A DNA stretch of 64,000 nt, from the NCBI RefSeq assembly GCF_001194135.2, contig NC_068988.1, forward strand, positions 16,004,885 to 16,068,884, read 5' to 3'. Position 1 is the stretch's first letter; each line of letters starts with the position of its first letter. The position numbers and the translations under genes were made by a program. This DNA comes from Octopus bimaculoides (taxonomy: Eukaryota). The notes below the pieces were generated by a model. It ran no database searches. It was not told where the DNA came from and saw only the letters and a list, made by a program, of their open reading frames with translations. Shown piece by piece: positions 13,207-25,500 of this stretch.

Positions 13207-14387
13207 TTTCTGGTATTTTAGAAATCTTTTCCTTCGAGCTATAAGATTCAAAGAATAGCAATATCTTTCGAAGAGCTTTTCAATAGTATTTAAGAACATA
13301 TTCATGAAGTTTAAAAGTGGACAATTGATTGCTGATCTTTAGGTAATGATCATAGATGAATTGTTAATTTAGGTTGAACTTAGAATTTAAAATACATTTA
13401 GAATACTTGTCTTAGCTGTTTGAAAGATGTTGCTGAGCTATGAAAGATGAGAAACAATGCTTTGGAGGATCTTGTTCTATGTTAAACTTCAGCATACTAA
13501 AAGTAAGTGACGGGAGAGAAATAAAAAAATAACCATACTTTCACACCGTAAGAAAGTGTAAGATCTTCATTATTTTCTTTTTTTCAGAATCGTTACAGTG
13601 GTGGATAAAGTTTTTTAAAGCATTTGTTCTAGTTTTCTGCAATACGAGTTGAAATCCTGTCGAGGTCAACTTTGAATTTCATTCTTTGGTATGAAGTACA
13701 TAAAGCTCGAGACAGTGATATCAATAGGTTGACGGACTAAGATTGAATAATATGTACAATAATGCAGGTGCTGAAAATGAATATATAACTAAAAATTAAA
13801 AAGATAAAACGTCTCGGTTCTGGACATGTACGAGTGACTGTATTGAACAAAGGGAGATATGTTAAAGCAAACTGAAGTCGCTTTAGATGACTGGTTCTCT
13901 ACCAAGGTACTAGTGCCCTATTTAGGTACTTTGTGGGCTCAAATGAAGGCGGCAAATATCAAAGTGGTTCTATAGACCATGTTGAGTTTTTATGAGTTTT
14001 TAGAAATAAGATGCATTTTAAGGATATTTTGTCGGAATTAATACACGAATGGGACATTATGTTATCAGTAATAAAAAGAAACATGATTGATAGTTCATTA
14101 AGGTCCAATATAATATCTTTATCTTAATTTTTTTCCTTTGTAGTAATTTCCATAAAAAATTAACAAAATAGGTATTCGTTACGTAAATATCTAGAAAAAA
14201 CACATACCGGATGTGACACTATAAGAAAACTTGAACAATAATCCACTATGCCAAATTAGTTGATTAAAGGATATCGCGATGCATACAAACCGAGATCCAA
14301 TGCTTTAGACGGATGCAAAAATTCTGAATGGAATTGGCATGGGAGAACTACAAAATAACTAGCATACTTTCACACAGTCAGAAAATG

Positions 14388-15726
14388 CGAGGGTCGGCTG
14401 AAAAGTTCATAGGCTGACCAAGATACTCTCATGCAATGTGGCCAAATGAGGTTTATTTTTTGAACACAATGCCCCTTGCAGTCCACATATTTCTTCCATC
14501 AGTGTTGCAGTGCGTTGAATCTCATTAGAGAAAAAGCTTTCACCCTGTTGGTCAAATTAATCATCAGCAGATATGACGTCATCATCACTGCAATTCTGGT
14601 ACCCAGCCTAGTGTTTTTTAATGTTGGGAAACAAATGATAGTCAGATGGGCCAAATCAGAAGCATAGAGAGGTTGATGAACTAGTTCAAAGCCAGTGTCA
14701 GCCACTGCAGCCATTCAAATTAAGGACATATGTACTGCACCATTGTCCTGATGAAACATGACCTCTTTCATCAGATTTCTTTGGCATTTGGTCTTCACAG
14801 CTTTTCTCAACTGCCTCAGAAAATTTGCATGGCACTCTCCATGGAATGTGTGGCCCTTCAAAAGGGCCACACAATGCCTTCTGCATCCCAATGCCTTCTG
14901 CACCCCAATACCTTCTGCATCCCAATGCCTTCTGCATCCCAATGCCTCCTGCATCCCAATGTCTCCTGCATCCCCCAAAACTGGGGCAAATGAAACGACA
15001 TGACCTTCTTTGAAGCAGCTGTGGAGGTGGGGTTTCCACTATATGGATTGTCTCTTTGTATCTGGCTCAAAGTAATGAACACCCACACTCATCCTGGGTT
15101 AGGAAAAGCTCGAGGAAATCAGCCAAACAATGTTAGATATTCCAGTGATCTGATTAGACTAGTGCTCTTTTGATCAGGTGTCACAAGACATAGCGCCCAA
15201 GGAGCAGAAACCTTCGTCTTGCCAAGTTCATTGTGTAGAATATTCTTAATTCTCTCACAGGAAATGCTAATAGAATTAGGTATTTGATTTATAGTCAGCC
15301 CCTTGTTATCCATCACCATGAGGTGAACACGATCAATATTTTCCTCGGTGGTGGCAGTTGCAGGACTTCCAGACCTTGAGTCATCTCCAAGACTCTCCCT
15401 CCCCTCCTAAATTCAGTTGCCCATTTCTCCACTATTCATAAATCTTGATCCTCATCTATTGTAGTGACCATGTCAACATGAATGTGCTTGGGGGCTTAAG
15501 CCTTTTTTAATAGATACTTGATAACGCATGGTAACAAATCTTGTTTATTTAGAAGTAAGATCGCTACTAGTTACATTTAAAGTGTTATTGAAACAGTCAA
15601 ATGTCAGTTTACTTAGAAAAACAATTCAGTTATCAATAAAAAGGGTTGAACGTAATGCATGCGAGGTTTCTCAGCTTTAGCATCACTCTTAAATGATCAG
15701 ACTATGACTTTTTCAGCCCATCCACG
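14388..15726 (-). mobile_element. Full-length decayed mariner (DD34D) with both TIRs
   Basis: TIRs CGAGGGTCGGCTGAAAAGTTCATAGGCTGACC and the reverse complement CGTGGATGGGCTGAAAAAGTCATAGTCTGATC. Peptides TKVSAPW, FWDAEG, KGHT, FHQDNGAVH and HQPLYASDLA (YSPDLA). Confidence 0.9.
14872..14973. repeat. Six copies of the 17-bp unit CAATGCCTTCTGCATCC inside the mariner
   Basis: Copies start at 14872, 14889, 14906, 14923, 14940 and 14957. Confidence 0.95.
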
Positions 15727-16794
15727 TATAGGACCTTTGATTTATTTTTCAGAGTCATTACAGTGCCGAAGTCAATTTTGCATTTCATTCTTATGATACA
15801 TAAAGTACCCATTTACTCTGGTGAGTTGGTAGAAATTTTACAGCATCAAATGAGTTGTATTTTTTGTACCAGTTCTGGTTCTTTGAATTACAAGTGCAAA
15901 TTCTGGTTAAGAATATGAATCCCATCAATAGCCATGTCCTCATCCCTCACTTAATAAGGTATCAAAATAGACCGGAATAAATTGCTTCTCTAGCGATTTT
16001 ATGTATTCAGCAGAGAGAGACCTCCCATCGTTTCAACAATGTAGGTGTGCCTTTGGTACACAAGCTTCGAAGAGTAAGATTTGTGGGGAACGAACTCAGC
16101 GACAATTATACCGCACGAATCAAACTCACTAGCAAATGTCTTCAAGATTTCATAAGAAAATTAGAATGAGGTAGAGAGAGAATGTGGAGAGGAAAGTAAG
16201 GAAGAGAGATTAGAGAAAGCAGGGAAATAGGCCTGTTACAAAAATATATGTAACAAAGTATTTGCATAAAAAATTTTCTCATGAATTATGAGAAATTCAA
16301 TAGACAAAAAAAAAAAAATGCTAAAAGTAAAAGGAGAAAGAGGAAGAATACCGAGGGAGAAAAAAGAAAGAAAGAATAAGAGGAAAAGAGGGGAGCGAGA
16401 TTAAAACTGTTGTAAACAGAAAAGTAAATGAACAAAGTATGAAAATGTTAGAACGTTGGCAGTAAGAGAATCATAAAAATGGAATGGATTGAAAGAGGAC
16501 ATGACATAAATCAAGACGCGGTCAGATACCCTTCAAGACAAAGTCAGAAACATATATTTAAAGAGCTATATGCAGCTTCTTGTAGCCATACTGTGTTCGT
16601 GTACACATACATTCAAACAAAGAAACAAACAGGCGTACAGACATATATACACGCATATATACACCACTGTATATAAATTATAATCACACACACATACGCA
16701 CTCATATGTGTGTATGTATATAAGTATATAAAATTTATTTGCGTATAAATGCATATTTCTTAGGACATATATACATACATACATGCATACATAC

Positions 16795-16843
<49 letters not shown>

Positions 16844-18103
16844 TCTGTGTATATACATACTCATATGTATACACATCAAAGCATGAATTTAATGCAAGTT
16901 CACAGGCACGTGTGCATGCTCATAGATACAAATGGAACGAGAGAGATAGNNNNNNNNNNNNNNNNNNNNNNNNNNNNNNNNNNNNNNNNNNNNNNNNNNN
17001 NNNNNNNNNNNNNNNNNNNNNNNNNNNNNNNNNNNNNNNNNNNNNNNNNNNNNNNNNNNNNNNNNNNNNNNNNNNNNNNNNNNNNNNNNNNNNNNNNNNN
17101 NNNNNNNNNNNNNNNNNNNNNNNNNNNNNNNNNNNNNNNNNNNNNNNNNNNNNNNNNNNNNNNNNNNNNNNNNNNNNNNNNNNNNNNNNNACACACACAC
17201 ACACACACACACACATAGTGAGAACAATAGACGGAGAACTAGAAAAGAGAACGAAATGAAGAAAAACGACATAGGAAAGTTAAAAGATAGATTCCGAGCT
17301 GGACAAGCAGACAGACTGAAATAACAATCGTGAAATGACGAATAGACAAATATTGGGATAGGTGAGGAAATAGAGAGCAAATGAGTGAAAGGAAGAGGTA
17401 AATATATCAGAGGAGAAAGCCCCAACGAGAATAAAAACTTGACAAATATAGATACAAAATGAAATCAACCATACCTTTATATATCATATATATATATATA
17501 TATATAGGTGAAAGAGTTGATATGTGAAAGTACGAGGTTGGATGTATAAAAGACAAAATAGAGTGAAAAAACTGCAGAAGGCTTGTGTTATATGGTTAAA
17601 GAATATATTTTAATCGTTATGTTAGAAAAATGTTATAAAATTTTGCGTATAGTAACATTGTTTTTAGAGAAATAACCGGTTTCGTATTTTCTTTTCAAAT
17701 TTCTGAAATTTCTTTACCTATATTGTGTCATCTCGTTATGTTGTGAAATAAGGAGTTCCAGACAGTGGAAGATAATCAGAGATTTTTTCGGTATAAGGGA
17801 GATAATAAAAAATTTCGGGAATGACTAGGTTTTATTTATTTAACATGATTTGGTTTAGAAAGAATAGAATCTTAGAAGTGGTTTATATTTTTATCAATGA
17901 GGAAGTTTCCTTATTTAAAAATGTTAGAAACGGTTAAGTTTTGGCTTATATTTTTCAACGAAGTAGGTTTCCTTATTTAATTTAACTTGTATTGGTGTTC
18001 CAATGGCGCATTGATAAAATGGAACGATTACAAATTATGGTAGCAGTTGCTTTGCGCATTTTTCAATATGTACACTAAAGGGTATCATTCTGTATGCCCT
18101 TTG

Positions 18104-18238
18104 TAGACTTGTTAGTTTCGTTGGACAATACACAAATTTAATACACACGTGCAATAAAATGTGTTTAATCAAACTCGGAAACCCTCACCAAAATAATATT
18201 CACCCCGCCCTAATTCTCCAACGAAACTAACAAGTCTA
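18104..18238. mobile_element. Small MITE-like element with 22-bp perfect inverted repeats
   Basis: TAGACTTGTTAGTTTCGTTGGA (18104-18125) / TCCAACGAAACTAACAAGTCTA (18217-18238). Confidence 0.7.
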
Positions 18239-18375
18239 TTACAATGAAACATCTCCCCAGCGAAATTACCAGTGTTAGAACAAAATTTAATGTAAGACTT
18301 ACTATCTTTGCTTCTATTACTATCTCATATGTAGCAATTATTTTCGTATCCTGACCGATGTATCTATCTATTTTC

Positions 18376-18426
18376 GCATTCTGAAGAGATTTACTAAAAC
18401 AAGTAAATCGAAAGGATCGTAAATGC
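18376..18426 (+). ncRNA. Type I hammerhead ribozyme motif (canonical C3-G8 core; G.G mismatch in stem III)
   Basis: GCATT-CTGAAGA-GATTTACT-AAAACA-AGTAAATC-GAAA-GGATCG-T-A-AATGC gives a 5-bp stem I, an 8-bp perfect stem II and a GUA triplet. Confidence 0.8.
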
Positions 18427-18666
18427 TACCTTTATCTTTGCTTCCTTCTTCTTTGTTATCTAAATAAATTAAAGGCATACCAGCGAAAACGACGAGTTTT
18501 CCCATGTTACTACATCCATTTTCTTCTCCTATATAACCTAAACTACGGTCTACCAACCGAACCACCTTCTACCGTACAACTTTACAAAAGATTGTACCTT
18601 CCAAGGTAATAACCAGGAGCGACTTTGAATTTAATTATCCCTTAGAGGTATTACACTCCTCTGATA

Positions 18667-18702
<36 letters not shown>

Positions 18703-19488
18703 CAGAAATATAAACATATATATGCATACATACATGCATACACATTGACATATACACAGCATACGCAGACATATACATATGAAAAAAAGAACAAAACAAA
18801 CATAAGATACAATTGTCAGTAGTATTTCGGATGTTCGTTCCTCAGAAGGTATTACCTTCCTATTAATTTTGAAAAATATAATTTTTAATTCCCTAGATTT
18901 AACGCTGAACCTAAATGTTGACCCATAATACCCTTTCCATAAATCAAAATGCGCTTGCAATACAAATACAAAAATATGTCCACCCTAAATCTATGATAAA
19001 TGCCCTTGCTATTAAGGATATCAATTAGGATCTTCAACCTTTTAGCTCATCAACTAATTTTCAATGTTAATGCAAACTGAAAAGTAGCTGTAGGATAGAA
19101 TGACCTATAAACCAACACGAAACGAAGACATGCACACAATCATGCAAGTTTTCCTAATATTATTTTTACTCTCACACATAAGATCTTAAATAGTAGTTTT
19201 CACTATAAGAATAAGAAAAAAATATTGGTATTTCAACTACAGTGGATAACTGAAATATAAATATTAAGCCATCAAGTGGAAATTTGGATAAACACTAAGC
19301 TAAACCGGTGATGGAACCGATGAGAGATAAACGGCATCATAACGACTCAGCAATTTCATTGCTTAGTAAAATAATATTCATTTCTCTGCATGAAGATAGA
19401 AGAGAAAAAACTTTAGGGACATCTGATGATAATGTTGATGATGATGTTAACGACGATAATAATAATAATAATAATAATAACAATAATA

Positions 19489-20013
19489 ATCCTTTCTACT
19501 AAAGGCACAAAGCATGAAATCTGGGCCAGTGTTTTACTGGTACTCAATTTATCGACCACGAAAAGATGAAAGGCAAAGTCGACCTTTGCGGAAATTGAAC
19601 TCAGAACGTAACAGCGGCCGAATTACCGCTAAGCATTTCATCCGGTGTGCTAACGATTCCGTCAGCTCACCGCCTTGGATAATAATAATAATAATGATAA
19701 TAATAATAATAATAATAATTATTATAATAACAACAACAACAACAACAATAATAATAATTTTAAATTTTGCCATTTGCAAGGGCAGCCATTTTTGGGGGAG
19801 GGGACGAGTCGATTACATCGACCCCAGTGTTTCACTGGTACTTATTTTATCGACTTCGAAAGGATGAATGGCAAAGTCGACCACGGCGGAATTTGAAATC
19901 AGACCATAGCGGCAGGCGAAATACCGCTAAGCATTTCGCCCGGCGTGCTAACGATTTTGCCAGCTCACTACCTTAATAATAATAATGATAAAGTAATAAT
20001 AATAATAATAATA

Positions 20014-20089
<76 letters not shown>

Positions 20090-21385
20090 TAGAACAACAC
20101 CAGGAACGTCTAACATGTGAGAGTGATAAAACACTGCACCGAAATCTATTCGAAAACTTCGGGAATAAAGACAACGAATGGAACCTAAAATAACTGACAA
20201 TGTGTTAGATTATATACGAGTAAGTATACGGGATGGGCTACTCGACCTGAAGAAAATTCTAACTAGGCCCCACCTGCGAGGTCATGGGCTGTTTATTTTG
20301 ATATGAGATCACCATGTCGCGCACACATGGTTGTGATGCATGTGCCTGGTGTACCCTTATCAGACGGGTAGTCATGATGGGTATAATGGGCTTCGTATAT
20401 TTTACTCCAGTGTCACTTTGATGGCATGCACTGCTCTCTCACTCAATAATAATAATAATAATAATAATAATCATGATAATAATAGTAATGATAATAATCC
20501 TTCTACTAAAGGCACAAGGTCTGATACCTTGGGCGAGAGGGTAAGTCGAGTACATCGACTCCAGTTGTCAACTGGTACTTAATTTGTCGACCCAGAAAGA
20601 GTGAAAAGTAAAGTAGGCCTCGGCGGAATTTGAACTAAGCAAAATGATTGGGGACATTTTGCCTGTTAGCACACCGGACAAAATGCTCGTAAACATTTTC
20701 CCCGGTGTGCTAACGATTCTACCTGCTCGCCGCCTTTCTTCTTACCAATATACATAACACTATTGCATTATTGATAATATTCTATTATTAATAAGGCGGC
20801 GAGCTGGCAGAAACGTTAGCATGCCAGGCGAATTGCTTAGCGGTATTTCGTCTGCCGTTACGTTCTGAGTTCAAATTCCGCCGAGGTCGACTTTGCCTTT
20901 CATCCTTTCGGGGTCAATAAATTAAGTACCAGTTACGCACTGGGGTCGATGTAATCGACTTAATCCGTTCGTCTGTTCTTGTTTGTTCCCTCTATGTTTA
21001 GCCCCTTGTGGGCAATAACGAAATAGATATTTCGTCTGTCGTTACTTTCTGAGTTCAAATTCTGCCGAGGTCGACTTTGCCTTTCATCCTTTCGGAGTCG
21101 ATAAAGTAATCACCAGTTGCGTACTGGGGTCGGTCTAATTGACTGGCGTCCTCTCCCAAAATTTCGGGCCTTGTCCCTAGAGTAGAAAAGAATATTCTAG
21201 TATTTTTATTATGCTATAAAACAAAGCAGTGATCTGATAGCATTGTTAGCAGGCCGGACAAAAAATTTCACGGTAGTTCTTCCGGCTTTACTGAGTTCAT
21301 TTTCCGCTGAGGTCGTTGTAGCCTTTCATCCTTTCAGAATCGGTGAAATAAGTCACAGTCGTTTAACACCCTCGCCCAAATTTTC
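19489..21385. mobile_element. SINE family B cluster: 19489-19676, 19757-19975, 20497-20736 (-); 20793-21025, 21026-21195, 21241-21385 (+)
   Basis: Each copy contains the family B core. The minus-strand copies are flanked by (AAT)n tracts. Confidence 0.9.
20270..20445 (+). repeat. Unclassified retroelement 3' end with (AAT)n tail
   Basis: A GC-richer segment ending CACTTTGATGGCATGCACTGCTCTCTCACTC followed by (AAT)n. Confidence 0.4.
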
Positions 21386-21946
21386 TTACCTTATGAATAT
21401 ATTCTATTCTATCATAGTAGTAACTATTGACGATTTCATTTATCATACTATTCATTAATTGATTTTCTTATTCATTTCAACTCACCTTACGCTTTTATAT
21501 ATTATCTTCTGCCATGTATATTATATTACTTGCTGCCAAACTATACACATAAAAATTGTATAAGTGCCTGTGTCTTTATCTAAAATAAATCTTGAAACGG
21601 TTATGTCATATATAACATTAAGCGCTTCCCTATTTTTATCTCAATATTACAAGTTTCACTCAGACGATGTTACACTCTTACGATGATGTAATCAGTTGTT
21701 CTATCTTAATCAATTATTTTAATATCTAGCTTATCTTTTATTGATTGCTACTAAATAGGATCCTGATAATTATTCTGAGTATCTACCTGAACTTTGATAT
21801 TATCTACTTCATTGTATATAAATTGCTTAATCTTGTATTAACAATTTATCATGTTATTTTATCATGATTCTTTATGATGTCTGTGTCATGTGTAATATTG
21901 CTAATTGTTCATTTATAATGTTGTACTCTTAAATAGTTCTCTAATG

Positions 21947-21949
<3 letters not shown>

Positions 21950-22022
<73 letters not shown>
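21950..22022. repeat. (TA)n microsatellite
   Basis: Direct reading. Confidence 0.95.
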
Positions 22023-22024
<2 letters not shown>

Positions 22025-23099
22025 CCACCACCACCATGATCATCATCATCGCTATCATCATCATCCAGTCAGGTGACTTGCTCGGGGTTAGTGCAACTCT
22101 TCCACGCCGTATGTCCCAATCATACGATGCAGCACGGACGTCTGGTGTGTTATATCCACATTGGTCTTCCACTCGCTAAAACATCTCATTAGTTTATGCT
22201 ACGACTACAGCTGATAGCAGTAATTCGCGAACTGAATTGGTTGATCCTGGCCGTTGATAGTTTGTTGTCTATTCACCTGCTCAGCATCTAATGATATTCG
22301 CCATTTATTCAATATTAGCTTAAAAGCTGCACTATGTGTAGTCTCCTACGGATGGCTAATTGGGTCTGCGGCACAAAACGAAATAGAGCGATAATAATAA
22401 AGCATTTATTGGTACCCTACCAATATGGTATTACCCTACCGATATGGTATTACTTTAAATTCAATTTAAATGAAAAACTTGTAAATTCACAATTTTTTTG
22501 AGTTCTTTCAAAATTTGAATTTTCAACTGTTAGCATATAACAAATGGTCATTCAGACCTGATCCCGATACTGGATGTTCAAGAACCAAATGAAGGGCAAT
22601 CTTTCAATCCGCCAATACTTGGGAGACTCAGTGTTTGATAAAATCGTAAACAAAGAAATCCCAAAGTGTTAGATCTGGTGGTCTACCCAGCACATATCTG
22701 TTAACCCTGTATCAAAATCCATTCATTTGGAAAATGGTTGATGCCAGTAATCCTTATAATTGTGTTATAATCCGAGAAGAAATCTTGTGGAATCATTAGA
22801 GCTCTCGTCGTCTTATCTACAATTAAATCAAGTTTAAAGAATTGCAACAACTTGCAATCATACATTTGTTACCTGTAGCAGTAACTTGGACAAGAAAAAA
22901 GTGTCCATAACTTTTAGAAATGAGTTAGTTTACCACCAGTGTTGGACAAAATACTTTGGACGTTCGTTTGGTGAACTACAACAATTCTGTTGATATATTC
23001 TTCCTCGTGTATCGAACCTTGTTACATCATTAAAAAAAAAAGTGTTCTCCTTTACGTTTTCATGGGGGATGCGTTCATCGAAAATTAGTTCATGTTAGA

Positions 23100-23600
23100 C
23101 TCCTTGCCAAAAGTGTTGGTTAAAAAAATCTGGAAACTTACATACAAGACTGAGAGAACAGCTTCAGGTTGCCTGAATGGAGGTATCATACCAAATTAGA
23201 TGATTAGAAGGAGAATAGTACACTTTATGAAAGACAAAAGCAAGGGCAATATAGCTAGAAATTATAGACCAATCACTTGCTTACCACTAGTGTGGAAGCT
23301 GTTAATAGGAATGCTCTCAAGAATGAGCATCTTGGAAGAAAAACAGAAAGGCTGCAGGAAGAAGGCTAGAAGGAAACAGAAATCAAGGAAGAAAAATTTA
23401 ACAATGACATGGATAAATCATAAGAAAGCTTATGGCATGAATCTACATTAATGGATAAGTGAATATTTGAGTATATTCAATATTGCAGACAACAGAAGAA
23501 ATTTAATTAGAAATGGAAAGTAGATCATTACTCAGGTAATACAAACTTGGGGAAAGTTAATTACTATCTAGGGAAACTCGCCATCTCCTTCAATATATGT
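23100..23600 (+). pseudogene. R4/Dong-like non-LTR retrotransposon RT fragment
   Basis: WLKK..LHTRL.EQLQ, KDKSKGNIARNYRPITCLPLVWKLL, EEKQKGC and MTWINHKKAY (WIDYKKAYD) motifs. Confidence 0.85.
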
Positions 23601-23629
23601 GTTTTGTAAGACTTTGAGCAAGCAAAATA

Positions 23630-24040
23630 GTTAGTACGCTAAGAAAAATGCTTAGCGCCAATTCATTCGTCTTTACGCTCTGAGTTCAAATTCTGCCGAG
23701 CTCTACTTTGCCTTTTACTCTTCCGGAATTGATAGAATAAGTACAAGTTGAATAAATACCAGATGTAATCGACTTACCCCCGCCCATAAAATTGCGAGCC
23801 AAAATTTGAAATCAATATTTGTGTTTTGTGTCTTCCTGTTCTGAGTTCAAATTCAGCCGAGGTCGACTTTGCCTTTCATCATTCCGAGGTCGATAAAATA
23901 AGTAGCAGTTGAACAGTGGGGTTGATGTAATCGCTTACCTCCTCTCCCGAACTTGCAGGAATGGGTAAGTCGATTACATCGATTACATCGACTTACCAAC
24001 TCCTCCGAAATTTAAAATTAGTATTATGGGCCAAAATTTA
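23630..24040. mobile_element. Two SINE family B copies (+) and an inverted tail fragment
   Basis: Cores GAGTTCAAATTCTGCCGAG (23680s) and GAGGTCGACTTTGCCTTTCATC (23860s); reverse tail fragment ~23960-24040. Confidence 0.75.
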
Positions 24041-24076
24041 AAATTATTGTCATCATCAACATCATCATCATCATCA

Positions 24077-24112
<36 letters not shown>

Positions 24113-24194
24113 TTTAAAAAGGATTGACGTAACTCTTCACGAAGGTAAATAGTCAAGACGAAGAGCGCGATTCGATTGTAAGATATTTTATTCG

Positions 24195-24237
24195 TTGAAC
24201 AATATTTCAGCAGTACGTCTGGCTTTGTCAAGTTCAA
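24195..24237 (-). ncRNA. Minimal type I hammerhead ribozyme motif with U3-A8 core, in the Penelope 3' repeat
   Basis: Minus strand reads TTGAAC-TTGACAA-AGCCAG-ACGTA-CTGCT-GAAA-TA-T-T-GTTCAA: 6-bp stem I, 5-bp stem II with one bulge, palindromic ATAT stem III. Confidence 0.8.
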
Positions 24238-24428
24238 AACAAAAGGTGATTAAAAATTCAAAATAACAGAAATTTAAACGTAAAGTATGAACGAGAGCAA
24301 CCAGCGTCCATACGTTGATGGAATGACATCATCAGTTTTAAAGTTTTATAACAGGTAAAAAGAAAGAAAAAATAGAAAAAAGGAAGACGACAGAAAAAAA
24401 GGAAAGAAAAAGAGAGAAAGAAGAATAT

Positions 24429-25500
24429 TTAATCAAACAGCTTTGTATAAATTTGATGATATTCTCCTGTTATCTTATTCATTCCTCCAGGGCGTGATGT
24501 TAATAACCCGCAAACATATTTCTCCTCATACATTCTGAGAAGTGAAATTGGGGTAGATCCAGAATACTTTTTGAGAATGTGCACTTTCAAGTCTTCTTCA
24601 AAATTGCAGCCGCTTGAAACGAAATGTTCAGCAAGTTCTGTTGAACTACTGTTATTGTGCCTGACGTCAAATCTGTGCCCATTAAACATTTTGTTTAATT
24701 GTTGTGTTGTACAACCAACATAAATTAAGTTGTGTTTCGTGCATTCTGCAGCGTACACTAAATGGGTATGTTTACATGTTCCACCTTCTGTATAAATGAT
24801 AACATTTCTGTTATGATTTCCGATGGAATTCTCTTCACTCATGTTGTTGCACAATGAACATGGCTTACCTCTCTTGCGGCTGCCCCCCAAGGTACAGCGT
24901 GTAGATTCTCAAATGTTCGTTTTCTTGGAGTCAGATATAGAGGTCAATAATTCTCTTACATTCTTATTCCGTCGAAAGGCTACAATGGGCGGCTGAAGAA
25001 ATATCTGTTTGAAACTGGGATATTTTTTCGCAACATGCTGGTAACTTTCATGCAACACTTTTGAAATGCCAGCGCAACGTCGGTGCCAGCTAATCACTAA
25101 AGGAATTCTGTCATCTATTGTATTTTGTTTGCTAAAATCATGCGTGTAGGTTTGACTATCTTTGCTAATCTTAGCTATTTCATTTGCTATTTCCTTTAAA
25201 CGTGATTCACTGTAACCTCGTTTGACATAATGACATACAAAAGGATTTGCATGTTTCCAGTAATCCTCTATGTCAGTACAAATCCGTTTTATCCTCAAAA
25301 ATTGGGATTTCGGATTTGACCGAATAAGATGATGTGGATGATCAGAGCGGCGGTGGAGATAAATGTGGGATGACGTGGGCTTGCCTTTCTTAAATAACTC
25401 TGTTACTATTCTACCGCCAGAAAACTTGACTTTTGTGTCCAAAAATTCAACGCTAGTCTTTGAAAAACTAGACGTAAATTTTATGTTGGACTTAAGGCTT
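24429..25500 (-). pseudogene. Penelope RT C-terminus and GIY-YIG endonuclease, one in-frame TGA (24909-24911)
   Basis: NIKFTSSFSKTSVEFLDTKV, YLHRRSDHP, SQFLRIKRIC, KRGY, then C..C, LVYAAECTKHNLIYVGCT (GIY-YIG) and GGMN. The two track ORFs are in the same frame, 18 nt apart. Confidence 0.92.

Noticed and set aside
14872-14973. Tandem arrays as CRISPR repeats
   Set aside because: No unique spacers, eukaryotic context and no cas genes.
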